DNA from: a virus
Taxonomy: Duplodnaviria > Heunggongvirae > Uroviricota > Caudoviricetes
DNA: 51,928 nucleotides
Reading direction: 5' to 3' (one strand)
IMG/VR virus record: IMGVR_UViG_3300031867_000014
Location: 64,001-115,928 of that record
Both the position numbers and the translations under genes were made by a program. Each line of letters begins with the position of its first letter. The stretch's first letter is position 1. The notes beneath the pieces were generated by a model. That model saw nothing but the letters and a program-made list of their open reading frames with translations, was not told where the DNA came from and did no database searches. This document shows, in pieces, positions 13,572 to 26,700 of this stretch.

Positions 13572-13595
13572 AAAATTCTCTCCTTTTTCTCTATA

Positions 13596-16500
13596 TTAAG
13601 TTAATGAAGATGGACTATAGGAATGGCTAGTTAATGATGTACCAGTACCATTATTAGAAACAGTATAAAGTGCAGGTGCACCCGGTCCACTCTTACTCCA
13701 TTTAGAAGCACCGTCTTTATTATCTGAAGTATTATACCAAATATATCGTCCGCTCTAGAAAATGTTACTATAAGAAATAATACTATAAGTACCAGTTTGA
13801 ATACTATGACTAGATGGCTTATAGGTATATTTTGTTTCTGAATTACCAGTATTAGCATATGTCGTAGCGGCTTTTGGTCCTTTAATTAATGTATTAGATC
13901 CACTTTTTTCAGTTGTAATCTTACCTACAGCTGCATTCCAGCCTGCCAAATATCCATCATTATAAGGCGTATTAATACCATACTAACTACTATAACCAGT
14001 AGCGGCAACAGTATCATCAGAACTATTAGTTAAAGTTGCTTTACCACGAACATAAGTTTTATGTGTAGAACTATCTACAGGATATTCAGTCGCAGCTGTT
14101 AATGCATATGTAACTTTAGAACTACTATTATCATCAGCTACTGTAGTTAATGATTTAGGCACCGTGATACTGCCTGCGCTTGTTGTAGAAGAGGTAAATT
14201 TAATTAATTTACATGCATCATTCCAACCATCTTTATAAATATCAGCTATATATTCATTTAATCCTGACATTGTCATTGGATAATAGCTATTTAAAATTTT
14301 AACATCAACTGCAATACGACCTTTGCCTGGATTTGTGCTTAAAGTAGTTTCACTATTAGGTCCAGAATTAGACGCAATAGCTTGCGAAACTAATTTATAT
14401 TCATGGCCGCCAGCAGAAGTATTAATACCCCATTCTGAATTACGTACGCCAATCAATTTACTAATTCGATCAACCGGTAAATGAATTGATAATCCGCTTG
14501 AAGTTTTCGCCCAAGTAGTTCCACCATCAGCAGTCGCATCTACAATTTCTGCTACTTCATACAAAGGACCAATATCAAAATATGTATAAGCACCGCTAGA
14601 ATAGGCTACGCCAACCCAACTTTCAGTGTCTGGCAATGTATTAGTAATTTCTCCTTCAGTAAATGAAATACCCATATTGCCAGTAAAAACCGTTGAACCA
14701 GTAATACTACCATCAGCATTAAACTTAGTACCTGCTGCTGAACTTAAAGTAACATAAATTAAGCCAGGTCCTGCATCATTAATATTTAAACTCAAAACTC
14801 TTTATATTTTCATATAAAGTCAGACTATATCTTCATCCACTTAATATGGATGCCCACCACTTCGAGCAATCGCCCTACTCCATACGGATAGTCGTTGAAC
14901 CTTCTTATCACTAAGCTTGGCTGCTGATTACCCATTGTCACAACACTTAGGATTTAACCATATGTCATCTCATTTATTATTTCTGCTTTCGCTCCATATA
15001 GGCAAATGAGCTTTAGGGCTTCCCAGCAATTCGATGGGTATTTTTTCACGCTTATTACTAAACGCGCACACAATTTAAATATTACCCAAAATTAATTTGG
15101 ATTCCTGAACCATTATGTGAATGATTTTTTGCTACACCATATGCGCGATTAGCAGTACCTTGTGCACCCGATGTAGCACTAGCTAATGCAGCGACGATTG
15201 GAGCTAACTAATCGACTACCCATTTTTTAGTCGCTACTTCATAAGCAATGACGCCGCCACTATTTGTTGAAGAGCTAGTACGAATATATAAATCTTTAAC
15301 AAACATAGTGGTCGTATCAATGGTAGAAAATGTGCCAGTTTTACCAGTAATTAAATCCCAATCTAATAATCCATTAATGGCACCTGAACCAGTTTTTGTT
15401 GGTGTAATTAAAGAAAAATGTTGAGATTGACCACCTGAAGGAGCAGTATAATTTTCTAATAAACGGAAACCACGATCTTCATGCGTTATACTAAAATAAT
15501 TTAATGAAGAAATTGTTTGTTTAGTGGCAGGCGTTAATGTGTATTGATTAAAAGTAATATTAGTAGTATAATCAATATTGGTCTACTGAGTATTACCAAC
15601 ACTAGACCCAGTTTCTTGAGAAGTACTAGTAAATGAAGTAGGTGCACCAAAAGTAGTACCAGTAGAACCAAGTTCACTTGAAAATGAATAAGAAATATTT
15701 TGTGTCGTATTACCTTTAATATTATAGCCCGCTAATAAAATAGTCGCACTATCATTGGTCATATCGCCCAAAGTAATTTGTTTATTCTTACCATCTAATA
15801 CGATCTAACCATTTGCTAAAGAAAGTTTTGCATTTGGCCCATCAAAAATATTAGAATATAAATTTTCTTTAGTTAAATCCCCTGTTGAATTCATTTGTAA
15901 ACCCAATAATAAAGATCCAGCAAGAGCCATATTACCATCATGGTAGGCCAATAATGGTATACTATAAGTTATTTCTTGATTATTAACAGTTGTAGTATAA
16001 GATTTATAAAATCCCATTCGTTGACCATTTAATAAGAAACAACTGCCATTATATTTATTATGATTATCTAATTGATAAATACCAATACCTGCCGGCGCTG
16101 ATCCAATCCCATATTGTGAATCAATAGCAGTGGGTTTGGCTGAAATACTAACATAACAATTACCATCTTCAAAAAAGCTAATTGGTGACATACCTTGACG
16201 AATACTGTCATAAGCTTTGTTAATGGTTTTTGCAACATTATTAGCCAATGTATCTAACGCAACTGTAGATTGTAATGCTAATGCACTTAATTCACCTAAA
16301 GTATCTTTAGAAATCGCCGGGCATTCTTGCCAACCATTGCGATTTTGCACTTCAGTTTTTGGAACGCCATTTACATCTAATAAACCCTACTCTGGATTAC
16401 CTGTCCATTTATAACAAATATATCCATTCATGGTTTTCTCAGTTAATTGAGAAATAGTATAAGCATAGTCTGAGTCCTGAGCAGGTTCAGTGTCATTTAA

Positions 16501-19500
16501 ATCTGTACCTTCAGTTTGTTCCATACCAAAAGTAGTAATATCATTAAAATCACTTACTTTGGCAGAAGTATCGTACCATAAATCTCCGACAATTAATAAA
16601 TCGCCGTAGGCTTTATTACAAATACCGCCATCTGTTGCCTTATTTGCCGGATTAATATCTGCATAATATGTATTTGCAAAACGTGATTGAACATCATGAT
16701 ATTCACCATCTGGCATACTGATCTATAGACTAGTTGCACGAACTTCACCTTGTAAATATGCGCGATTCAAATGAACAACGCCATTATGTTCAATACCAAA
16801 GTTAGGATAAAGCTATGTCGGAACGCCGGGATTTAAATCATTACCGTCGCCAGCCCAGAAAATATAACGTCCATAACGGCTACTTGGCTTTTCACCATTA
16901 TTACTAAAATCAAAATGAGTAGATTCGGAACTATCCCAGTAAACATCATCATATTCAATGGACGTATCTTCAGCATTAACAGGTATACCATCACGACGTC
17001 TCTCCTAACCTATAAAAATAATACCATTATTTTTTTGATATGTCAAACCTGTCGCTGAAAGCTATAAACAATCACCAATCATACCGTACCGAGCAATAAT
17101 ACCACCGCTCATATAAACACCATTATTTGGATCAACAACAAAATAATCGTGTTCATTATCATCGCGGAAAGTATCTGCCCATGCTGTATTAATCCATCCA
17201 AACTATTTAGCGCGGCTATAGTTTTCTAATGTACTTTCTAAATTTAATTTCTTATTTTTAGAATATAAGAAGTATTGTGAGAAAGAGCCATTGTCGGTTG
17301 CAATAGAACCATCTTCACTAATACTAAAATGGATTGGATTTAAGTTAATATAATGATCTTGAGAATAATCACTAATTAATGCGCGAGTGCCATCAAATTT
17401 AATCTGGCCTCGACCAGCCGGACCAATAAATCCAGTACCATCAATTTTAAATCCAAATGTTTGAGCACCATGAGAAAAGCCGTACAAACCAATAGGATCA
17501 ATAGATGAGTCACCTTTAGACGACCAGTCACCCATCATCACACCAGTAAAACGATTGCGTGTATCTTTAGTACCTGCGGCAAGCATTTTCGTTAATATAG
17601 CATTATTCTCTTTATCAAGTTGTAACTGTCCATCCCAACTATTAACAAGAGATGAAGCATAAACATTATGCGCGAATGCTATTGCCTGATAAACAACAGC
17701 TCCATTCAACCAGAAGCCAATAAATGTTGCATATTCAGTTTGATATGCATCATCCCAATAAAATGCAATCTAATCACGAATTTGATTAGTGTTATCTAAA
17801 TATGGATTTAGACTATACTCAATATGATAAGCGCTATCATGTTGAGCGACTTCTGAGTTTTCACGACTTTCTGCGTCTTCTGTATTTGTATTAATACGTG
17901 AAATTTGTGACACAGTTTCATTTAATGTTAAGAATTCACGAGTAGAATTATCTAACAATGTGAATGTATCATTAATCTTTTTATACTGCTCTAAGAACCA
18001 TGTCGGCCAAACCAATTTTTCATCCACGACACTCAACACTTCAAATGTACTTGCATCATAAATTGGGATAGTACCATCAGATTTATATTCAATACGATCA
18101 GGACAACCAATACGATAAAAATCACTTAAATTACTGTCAGATGCCGCCATAAAACCACGCACATCTTCAATATTATATTTATATTGAGGATCATGTAAAT
18201 TAACGCTTACTTTAAATACTGGCGGCTAATCAGTTTGTAAATAACCACGTATACTATTGCCAGTATAACCATTTGTACTTAAGGTATCCCAAGTAGAAGG
18301 TTGTGTAACTGTCGTAACATTGCGACCAATGCGGCAAGGGCCATCATTTAATAATTCATAATTAAACGTAAATAATGGTGATTCTAATTTATTACCATTC
18401 TGATCATAAATTGTGCTTTCAATTTGGAATGGTAAATTTTTAATCATCATATATCCCGCAGGATTAGTTAGATCAATACGTAAAGTATATTTAGTGCCAG
18501 TACTACCAGATTGGCCAAAACGCAATTGCTTTTGGCAAACGTATTGTTTACCATTACGGTTAATAATTGCAGTAATAATGTTATCTTGAAAACGAACATC
18601 CCAATAATTGTTAATCTTAAACTTACGAGTTGTTGTCGCAATACTGTTAAATGCAGTCTAACCAGCAGGAATAAGTGTTGAACTATATACTGCATCAGAA
18701 GTATCAATCGGCAAGAACTAAGTAATCATTGTGTCAGATACAGGATATTGCCATGTGACTTTAATTGGATCATTTGTAGATTCAGTGGTTAATGGCACAT
18801 AAGTTTCTGTATCATAATTATAAATCCAAATTTGAATATAATAATAAATATCAGAATAAAAAACTTCTTCATCATTTTTTATGCACTGATTATTTTCATC
18901 ATATACATAAAAATTACCGATACTATTATCTTCAACTAAACGTATTTGTTTATTACCGGCTTCATCTTTATAAGTTTCAGTACGTAATAAACGGAATACA
19001 ACTTCATTACGTGCAGCGGTTAAATCTTCACTAACTGTTGAATTAATATTCTAAAATACAATAGGATCAGAAATCTCATATGTTCCTTCCCAAGCAACAA
19101 CTGCTTTATAACGTTCACGATAAATATTAATATCCATTTGACGTGTAATTTCAAAACAATCAGTATACTCAGGCAATAACTCATAATCATAGCCACCCAA
19201 TGTGCTTAAACGCATTTTTTCTGTGGCTTTAGCATCCTCTTGCAATTCTTGTAATTGTGTTAATTTTCTTTCATAATTTTTCTTAACACGTTCATATTCT
19301 TTAATATAAGCCTCATGCCCACCAGCATAAGTCTCTTCATCATAAGAGGCTAATACTTGTTCCATTTCTGCTTTTAATGTATTATATTTTTCTTCTAATT
19401 CAACAGAAGTAGTGCCAGGCGCGATATATAATTCACCATCTGTATTATTATCATTACTCTTGCGTTGATGATACCAATAAATATGCGCTTTCTTATCTTC

Positions 19501-20622
19501 ATCGTCAATATCCAAATTAAATTGATTCAAAGTAGATTCGCTATTTACTGTTGTATATTCATTTTCTCCCGTTCGATGTACCCATGCAAAATGAATAGTA
19601 CGAGTATCTAAGTCAGCACGAGGTGTCGTTGAATTAAAGTCACGACCATAATTTAAATCATCATATGTAAATAGATAAATTTTTTCATTTTCAATATCTT
19701 TAGAAGATTCTCCAAAGAATACTTGTAATCCTTTTAAATTAATATTTGACATACCTTCATCAGGAATATAAGTATTATCATTTGCATAAAACTTATGATC
19801 TTGCCAAAAGTATGCCCGAATTTCACTAAGTTTTACAAATCTGCGCAAATCCATTAACATCTATTGTGTAGTCCAATCAATAAATGCATATGGATTACCA
19901 TACATTTCATCCGTAGTAAAATAAAACTCTTTTAGTACATCACGCTCAACTTGAATACTATTTTTACCATCTTCAGTAGGCGTTGACCAGTCACCCAAAA
20001 TTAAAAATCGTAATCCATAATTACCAGATACTGGTTGATAAGCGCCCAATAAAGTTTGCCAATCTACTTGAATTCCAAGAGTAGTACCAATTAAAGTGCC
20101 ATCAGCCGGTAAAACCCAACGCCAAATAAGATTTGGGTCTAAGGACACATCGTCTATATCTAACATTGGATCTGCGCCATCTATCGCACGATTTGCATGA
20201 TAACCACGTTCTTCATTGCGTAATAAAATAGTTTGTGTTTCATTGCCAGTTAAATTAAACAATGGAATAAAATCATCAAATGGGTATCTAAAATTAAATA
20301 CTTTAGATGTGCCATCTCCATCTACAGTAGTTTTACGACCGACAATAAATTTTTGTTGAGTGTAGTCATTACGAGGAACATTGACATATACAGTATCGCC
20401 CTCATAATAAGTGCCGCCAGTTGAATATGCTTCAAACTTTGCGCTTTGGATCTGTACTAAATAAACACCATCAGTCTTATCAACTACACTAATGACTTTT
20501 GCTTCAACTGTTGCATCAAAAGAAGCTTTAGATAATTTAGCGTCTACTTGCATTTCAACAGCTTTATTAAAAGTTTCAGCAATGTTAATTGCGCCCTTAG
20601 GTGTATCGTTAGCCAAATTCAC
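13596..20622 (-). CDS. Large tail-tip/central fibre protein, ~2,230 aa, spliced (exon 1 20622-15115, exon 2 14792-13596), TAG=Gln
   Basis: Eight fragments from 19861 to 15583 share one frame across TAGs; fragments 13983 and 13755 share another. Removing the intron joins them in frame (...KNHSH|SLNINDAG...). Start is GTG 20622 or TTG 20616 after AAGGAG; stop TAA 13596. Confidence 0.75.
14793..15114 (-). ncRNA. Group I self-splicing intron, 322 nt, no homing-endonuclease ORF
   Basis: Core elements in order: P AAUUGCUGGGAA (15031-15020), Q AAUCAGCAGCC (14929-14919), R GUUCAACGACUA (14900-14889), S AAGAUAUAGUCU (14833-14822). P9 hairpin CUUUAUAU-GAAA-AUAUAAAG. P1 CACAU|AAU pairs with AUUGUGUG (U-G at the splice site). 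P10 pairs AAUAUUUAAAUU with the 3' exon AGUUUAAAUAUU. Terminal G at 14793. Confidence 0.92.
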
Positions 20623-20649
20623 TCATCTCCTTTTTCTCTAACTCTAATA

Positions 20650-20690
20650 AACATAAAAAATTTATTAAAGCTATTATTCGTAATTACCCA
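20650..20690 (-). promoter_or_regulatory. Candidate phage late-promoter motif, copy 2
   Basis: TGGG-TAATTACGAA-TAATAG-CTTTAATAA-ATTTTT-TATGTT, with spacing identical to 2896-2936. Confidence 0.45.
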
Positions 20691-20693
20691 AAC

Positions 20694-20722
20694 AAAAATA
20701 GGCGGGGCATTTCTGCCCCGCC
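20694..20722 (-). terminator. Rho-independent terminator after the tape measure gene
   Basis: GGCGGGGCA-GAAA-TGCCCCGCC followed by TATTTTTGTTT. Confidence 0.85.
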
Positions 20723-20728
20723 AGTGTG

Positions 20729-23700
20729 TTAGTGTCTATGAATATATTGTGTTGTCTAATTAATTAAATCATTAAATGCCATTTCAATTTCATTATGATC
20801 AGTAACATTCGGGAACTCAGCCTAAATTTGTACATTTTGTTGTAGATCTTGCGATGTATTACCTACAGACGGAGTCGTAATACCGGCACCGAACATATTT
20901 AAAGCATTACCACTTAATAAATTTAAAATTTCAGGAGTTAAAGTACGCACTACTTTTACAGCATTAAGCATAATACTTGTGTCATCTGCATTAAGCATTA
21001 ACTCTGGATGTGATTTAGTGCCATCCACCCAAGCAGGACCAGTATAATCAACTAAACCGCCAGTAGCATAATGAGAATCACCGGGATATACAATACCCAT
21101 ATAATGACCGCATTTACTGCAATAACAAGTTTTTGTACCACCAGTTGGTACTTTTTTATTCCAATCATGTGCGCCACTTTCTGAGGTAGTTTGTGTTTTA
21201 CCACTCTTATATAACTTAAATATTGAACGGCTATGTCCGCTATTACCATTATCTTTCCAATCTCCCACATCTGTGCGCACAACTGAATCAGTATTATTAT
21301 TATTATTATTATTATTATTGCCATTATTGCCATTATTACCATTATTGCCATTATTGCCATTATTACCACCAGAACTTGGAATATTAACTGTCGGCTAAGT
21401 TACAGTATAAGAAGTAGTTGCACTACTAAATCCACTTTGTAAGCTTTGCATACTACGTAATGTTTGACCTAAAGTTTGAATTAATTGCTCATATTTACCA
21501 ATTACGCCTTGTACTGCACTTGCATGTGCATCCCATTCATTTGTAGCATCATGAATACCTTCAAGTGTTTCATCAATAGTATCCATCATATCTAAAGCAG
21601 ATTCGTTAGCTTTATTAATCATATCGTTATATTGGTCAATAGATGCAATCATATTATCATAACTGACATTAGAAGTATTTTCAACTTCTTCAATACGAGT
21701 CATGTATTCATCCCAAGCATCATCAATTTCTTGCAAACTTACACGTAATGCTTCTTCATACTCTTGCTGATTATCAATCATTGTCTAAATATCTGCGTCA
21801 AGAGCAGCCGTAACCATTTCAGAATGTTGCGTTTGAGTTAAACCATACCATTCAGTAATAGCACTTAAGTTCTCTGTCATATCGCCAACAACTAATTGAT
21901 ATTGTTCAGCATAATAATCCATAAGTTCAGTATAATGTGCAATAATCTCATCACGCGCATGGAGATATTCTTCATGACTTGCAAAATCACTTTCATCTAA
22001 TTCAGCAAGTTTTTGCTCTAAATTTTGACGTGCTTGAATATAAGCATTGGCCATATCATTCGCATGAGTGACGGTTAAATTACGAATCTTTTCAAGCACT
22101 TCTTCATAATTTTGTTCGGCCGCATTTACAGAATCTTGATCTGCCGTATATTGATAACCATAATTACCATTTTCGTCACGGGTCAAGCGTACTGTAGATT
22201 TAGCATTCTTCGCTTCTTCTAATTGCTGTAATGCTAAAGCCATTTCATATTGTAACTGATATTGCTGAATTTGATAGTCAGTTAATTGTGAACTTTCAGC
22301 TTGTGCATTAATAACTGCTTCTAAAGCAGCTAAACGCTCTTTGCTAGCTTGCGTGGTAGCGTCAGCAATAGATTCTTCAATCTAGCGATTTAATTTAGAA
22401 ACTTCATATAATTGTTTACCTGTAGCTAAGTACAACTATGATTGTTCATTCCAATAACCATAAGCATCGGCCACATCTTGCAAATCATTATGACCTGCAA
22501 CATTAACTTTACTTAAAGTTTTAAGAATAGATGCAACATATTCTTCATGGGCCTTTTGTAAGTCCGTTAAAGTTTCTTTAGTTGTTGACAACATCTCTTC
22601 ATGAGCTGAGACATATTTTTCAACCAAATCTTCCCATTGTTTTTGTTCGGTCTCAGTTAATTTATGACCAGCATCCATGCGGCGTTGGTAATATTGAATT
22701 TCTTTTTCTAATTCATCGACCCACGCACGTTGAACTTCAAGATTTTTTATATTAGACTCATACTATAAATTATAGAAATCTTCAAGAGCTTTATAATCAA
22801 CTGTATGACCCATAAGCCCCATAATGTCAATATATTCTTGCGCAACTTTATTAGCATGTTCAATAACTTTAGTATGCTTTTCTAATTCTTCATCGGCTTT
22901 CTTTAAAGCATCACCATATACATCAAGAATTTCTTTACGAAGTTTTTCAAGATCTTCAAGTGCATCAATAATTTGACCACGATACTCAGCTAATTGTTCA
23001 GCATAATCAGCATCATTAACGCCTTCTTGGCCATTAGATTCTATAAATTTACGATGCTCATTTTCTAATTCTTCAAGAGCACCATTATAAGCACGAAGAT
23101 TATCTTCATATTCAGCAGATTTAGTAATCATTGTTTCAAACATTTCATCTTGCATATGAAGTACATCTTCCATCTTCTCGATGAAATATTCGATAACTTT
23201 AATGTCATCTTCATTTAAGTCAACAACTAAATCAACTTTATATGTAATAACTTCAACAGTGGCTTGAGAAATTTTATTTTGCATCTCAAGTAAATTATTA
23301 TATTCATTTTGTGCTAAATCTAATGTGGTTTCATATTGTTCAAGAATCTTTTTACGTTCTTCGTATTCTTTCTCTGCTGCTTCTAATGCTTTTTTATCAG
23401 CCTCTTCTTGTGCTGACATATTATAGCGATCATAAGCTGCATCGAGTTCATCTAACCAATTATTCATAATTTGTACATAGTTTGCAATAGTACCATCGTC
23501 ATTAAAAGTCGCACCCAATGCAGCAATCGCCGCACGGTCTGATGGTAAATATTCATTGATTTCACGCAAATATTCTTCTTGCAAAGCAGCTTCGCGCTTT
23601 AAAGCATCAATTTCTTTATTCAATTCGGCGATATGTTTTCCGCCATATGTACGAGATTTAATTTTATCAATTTGTTCAAGACGTTGTTTTTGAGCATCTA

Positions 23701-26700
23701 ACATATCGAGAATAACATGATAACGTTCAATTTCATCTGAACGCTTTTTCTTTTCTTTGACTTCTTTTTTGCCACCTCCGCCACCTCCGCCGCCACCGCT
23801 ACTTGCAGTAGGTACAGCAGATTTCGCATTACCACGACCATTATATTTTGCGCCCTCTAAAGTATAATATACTTCATCATATGGCTCTGTAGTAGTAGTA
23901 ATTGTATTTTCAAATTCTACAGTATCTAAAGAGTCATTACCAGGGAAGCTATAAGAACCAGATTGATGAGTAATTCGAGGAGGTGGAGTAACTCGACGTT
24001 TATGCTCTTTAATTTCAGCATCTACGCCAACAGTGCTTAAAGCTGCTGTCATAGCTTGTGCAGCTTCATATGAACCAAATTCCATTTGTGCTATTTTGGC
24101 CCAAAAATCAGTATCATCTAAAGAAGCACCAATTTCTAAATCTCCATGCTAATTGATATATTGTTGTGCTTGAGCAAATACACTATCTAAATCACCCATA
24201 ACATTAGCTGGATCAAGTTTTACATTCTTACCAATATTCTATGATAAATCAACTGCTGCAGCACGTGCCAAATCATCAAACGCTTTTTCATCACCTTTAA
24301 CCGCCTTAGCCAATAAATCAGCATTTTCAGCGCTCTTTAAAAATGAATCTGAAAGATGGTCCATACCCCATGCGTCTAAATCAAAAATATCACTATAAAT
24401 ATCTCTCATAGATTCTAATGCATTAGAAAATTCAACTGTTTCTTCGCCACTCTTACTAATGGTTTTAGTAAGTTTTTCTAAGTCCGTACTTGCGGTCTTA
24501 AATCCTTTTTGCATACGTGCCATGCCTTTAGCTAAACGTAAAGCTTCTTCACGAGTTTGAGCAGTCATTTTGCCTAAGCGCTATAAGCGATCTGCGTATT
24601 CTTCTAATTCAATAACGCTACTAAAACCAGCCTATGAAGCCCAATTTTTATACATAAACTCTTGAGCATCTGCTACGGCGGTGCCAGCTTCTGTACCTTC
24701 TGGATTACCATATCTGCTTTGTAAATCTGCTTCTGTTAATTCTTCTGTGCCTTGAATTTTATAACCAATAACAGTGTGACCATCTTCAGAATATACTGGA
24801 ACGATTTGAGCATTTCCACCATGAGCCTAATTCCATTCTTGCCCCGCGGTACTTTGTAACCAAGCTTGTGCTTGTGCATAAGCACGTGCTAATGCGTCCT
24901 CCATAGATTCAGTCTAAGTGGTTACATTTTCTATTACTGCGCCCTGATATCCAGCAGGAACTACGCGACCTCGTCTGTCACGGTACTCTACTTCTTGCCA
25001 TGTGCGCTATTGGGCATTAAATTCCATATCTGCATCAACATCACGATAATAAGTAGCTTCACCAGTTTCCTCATTAAATTCTTTAAATTTCCAATCGTCA
25101 TTTAAAGCTTGACGCATACGCCATAAAGCAGCAGTAGTTTCATCCATGGAAGTTGCTAACGCATTATTAGCTTCATCTAATGTATCCCATCCGCCTTCTT
25201 CCATTAATTCATCTAACTATGCTCGCTCTGCTGCAGTTAAGGATTTCATACCTTGTTCCATAGCTTTCTGAACTAATGCTTGATCACTTTGTAATTTTGC
25301 AGTACGATTAGCGGCTTCTGCCTCTACTTGTGCCCGAGTATCACTCTAATAACGCGCTTCAGTAATCATGGCAGAACGAGTCGCGCCAACTACATCAGAG
25401 TCAGTTACCTTACCGACATAGAATGTTTCAATTATATCACTAATAATAGAAGCAATCCAATCTTGACTTAATTGTCCATCAGAAGATTTCCATTGCCATT
25501 CACCTTCAGCATTTTGTTCTACCATTTGATCACTATTTGCCAAACTAAGAGCAGTAACAACATTGGCCCACTGTGCATTATAAGCATCTTCACCCAAACG
25601 GTCTTTAGCAACAGCTGCACTTGCATAACCTTGCGCTTGCCAATAAGTATCTTCATTAGCCCAGGTATTAATGTCTTGCACACCTTTTTCGGTAGCTTGA
25701 CGAAGAACTGCCATGCCACCTTCCATCATATCAATGAGTTCGCCGCCAAATTCATCTGCTGATTCCATAAAACGAGTTGTTAACCTATCACGCATATTTG
25801 CTTTATATTGTTCTGTGGTAGTAGCAGTAACACGACCATTTGCATCATGATTTAAATCTCGCTGACCACTTGTGTTTTGAAAATCTGACTCACCATAACT
25901 TAAAATACGTAGATATGGTGCAGCAGCAGCACTTTGTAGCCAAGTTGGATCATTTAATGCATTAGTAATTTCTTCAACCGTCATACCATTCTCTTGCATT
26001 TTACGAACAATTGGGTCTAATTGAGCATCAGTTAATTGATCTACTAATGATTTAGTTGTGTCACCACTGGCTAAATTTTGGCGAACTTTATTCACTGCCT
26101 CAAAAGTGGTTTTCCAACGATCATAATATTTTTGTGCTAATTCTGCATCATAAGCATCAATTTTATCTAAAACACCCTTAACAGTATCTTTAATATTTGC
26201 CCATGTAACTTCAACTGCATTTTCAAATGCACTTAAAGAAGAATTATATTTAGTTTCAAATACTGCAAAAAATTCATCCCAAGTATGTCCATCCGCGATA
26301 AATTCTTCAATACTTGCATATGATTCGCCTAAATCTGCATTCAACTATGATAATGTATCAGAAATTAAAGAACCGAACATCTTTTTCTATATAGCATTAA
26401 ATTGACTATCTTCTAAATAACCGCCAGTAAAATAATCCATAAATTGTTCATTACCATATTCAGCTGTTGCCAATGCATTTAAAGCATCATCTAAATTAGT
26501 AAATGTTTCTGTGACTGCCTCTGCGTCCTCGGCAGTACTAGCGAATACTTGATAAAGAGGTTCTTCTTCAGTACCAACATTACGTACTTCTGCTCCAGTG
26601 TAATTTTGAATAAAATTCTATTTTGTCAATCCATTAGCATGTGTACGCACTGCATCTAACGTAATCCCTTCAAATGCACCATTACGCCAAGCAGCATCAA

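Noticed and set aside
14798..15083. Alternative intron boundaries (GGGT|AAT...GAG|TT)
   Set aside because: These also restore the frame but lack the U-G pair in P1 and fit P10 less well than 15114/14793.
21052..21369. Minus-strand ORF with poly-Ile (MVIMAIMAI...IIII)
   Set aside because: Alternate-frame reading of the AAT microsatellite within the TMP.
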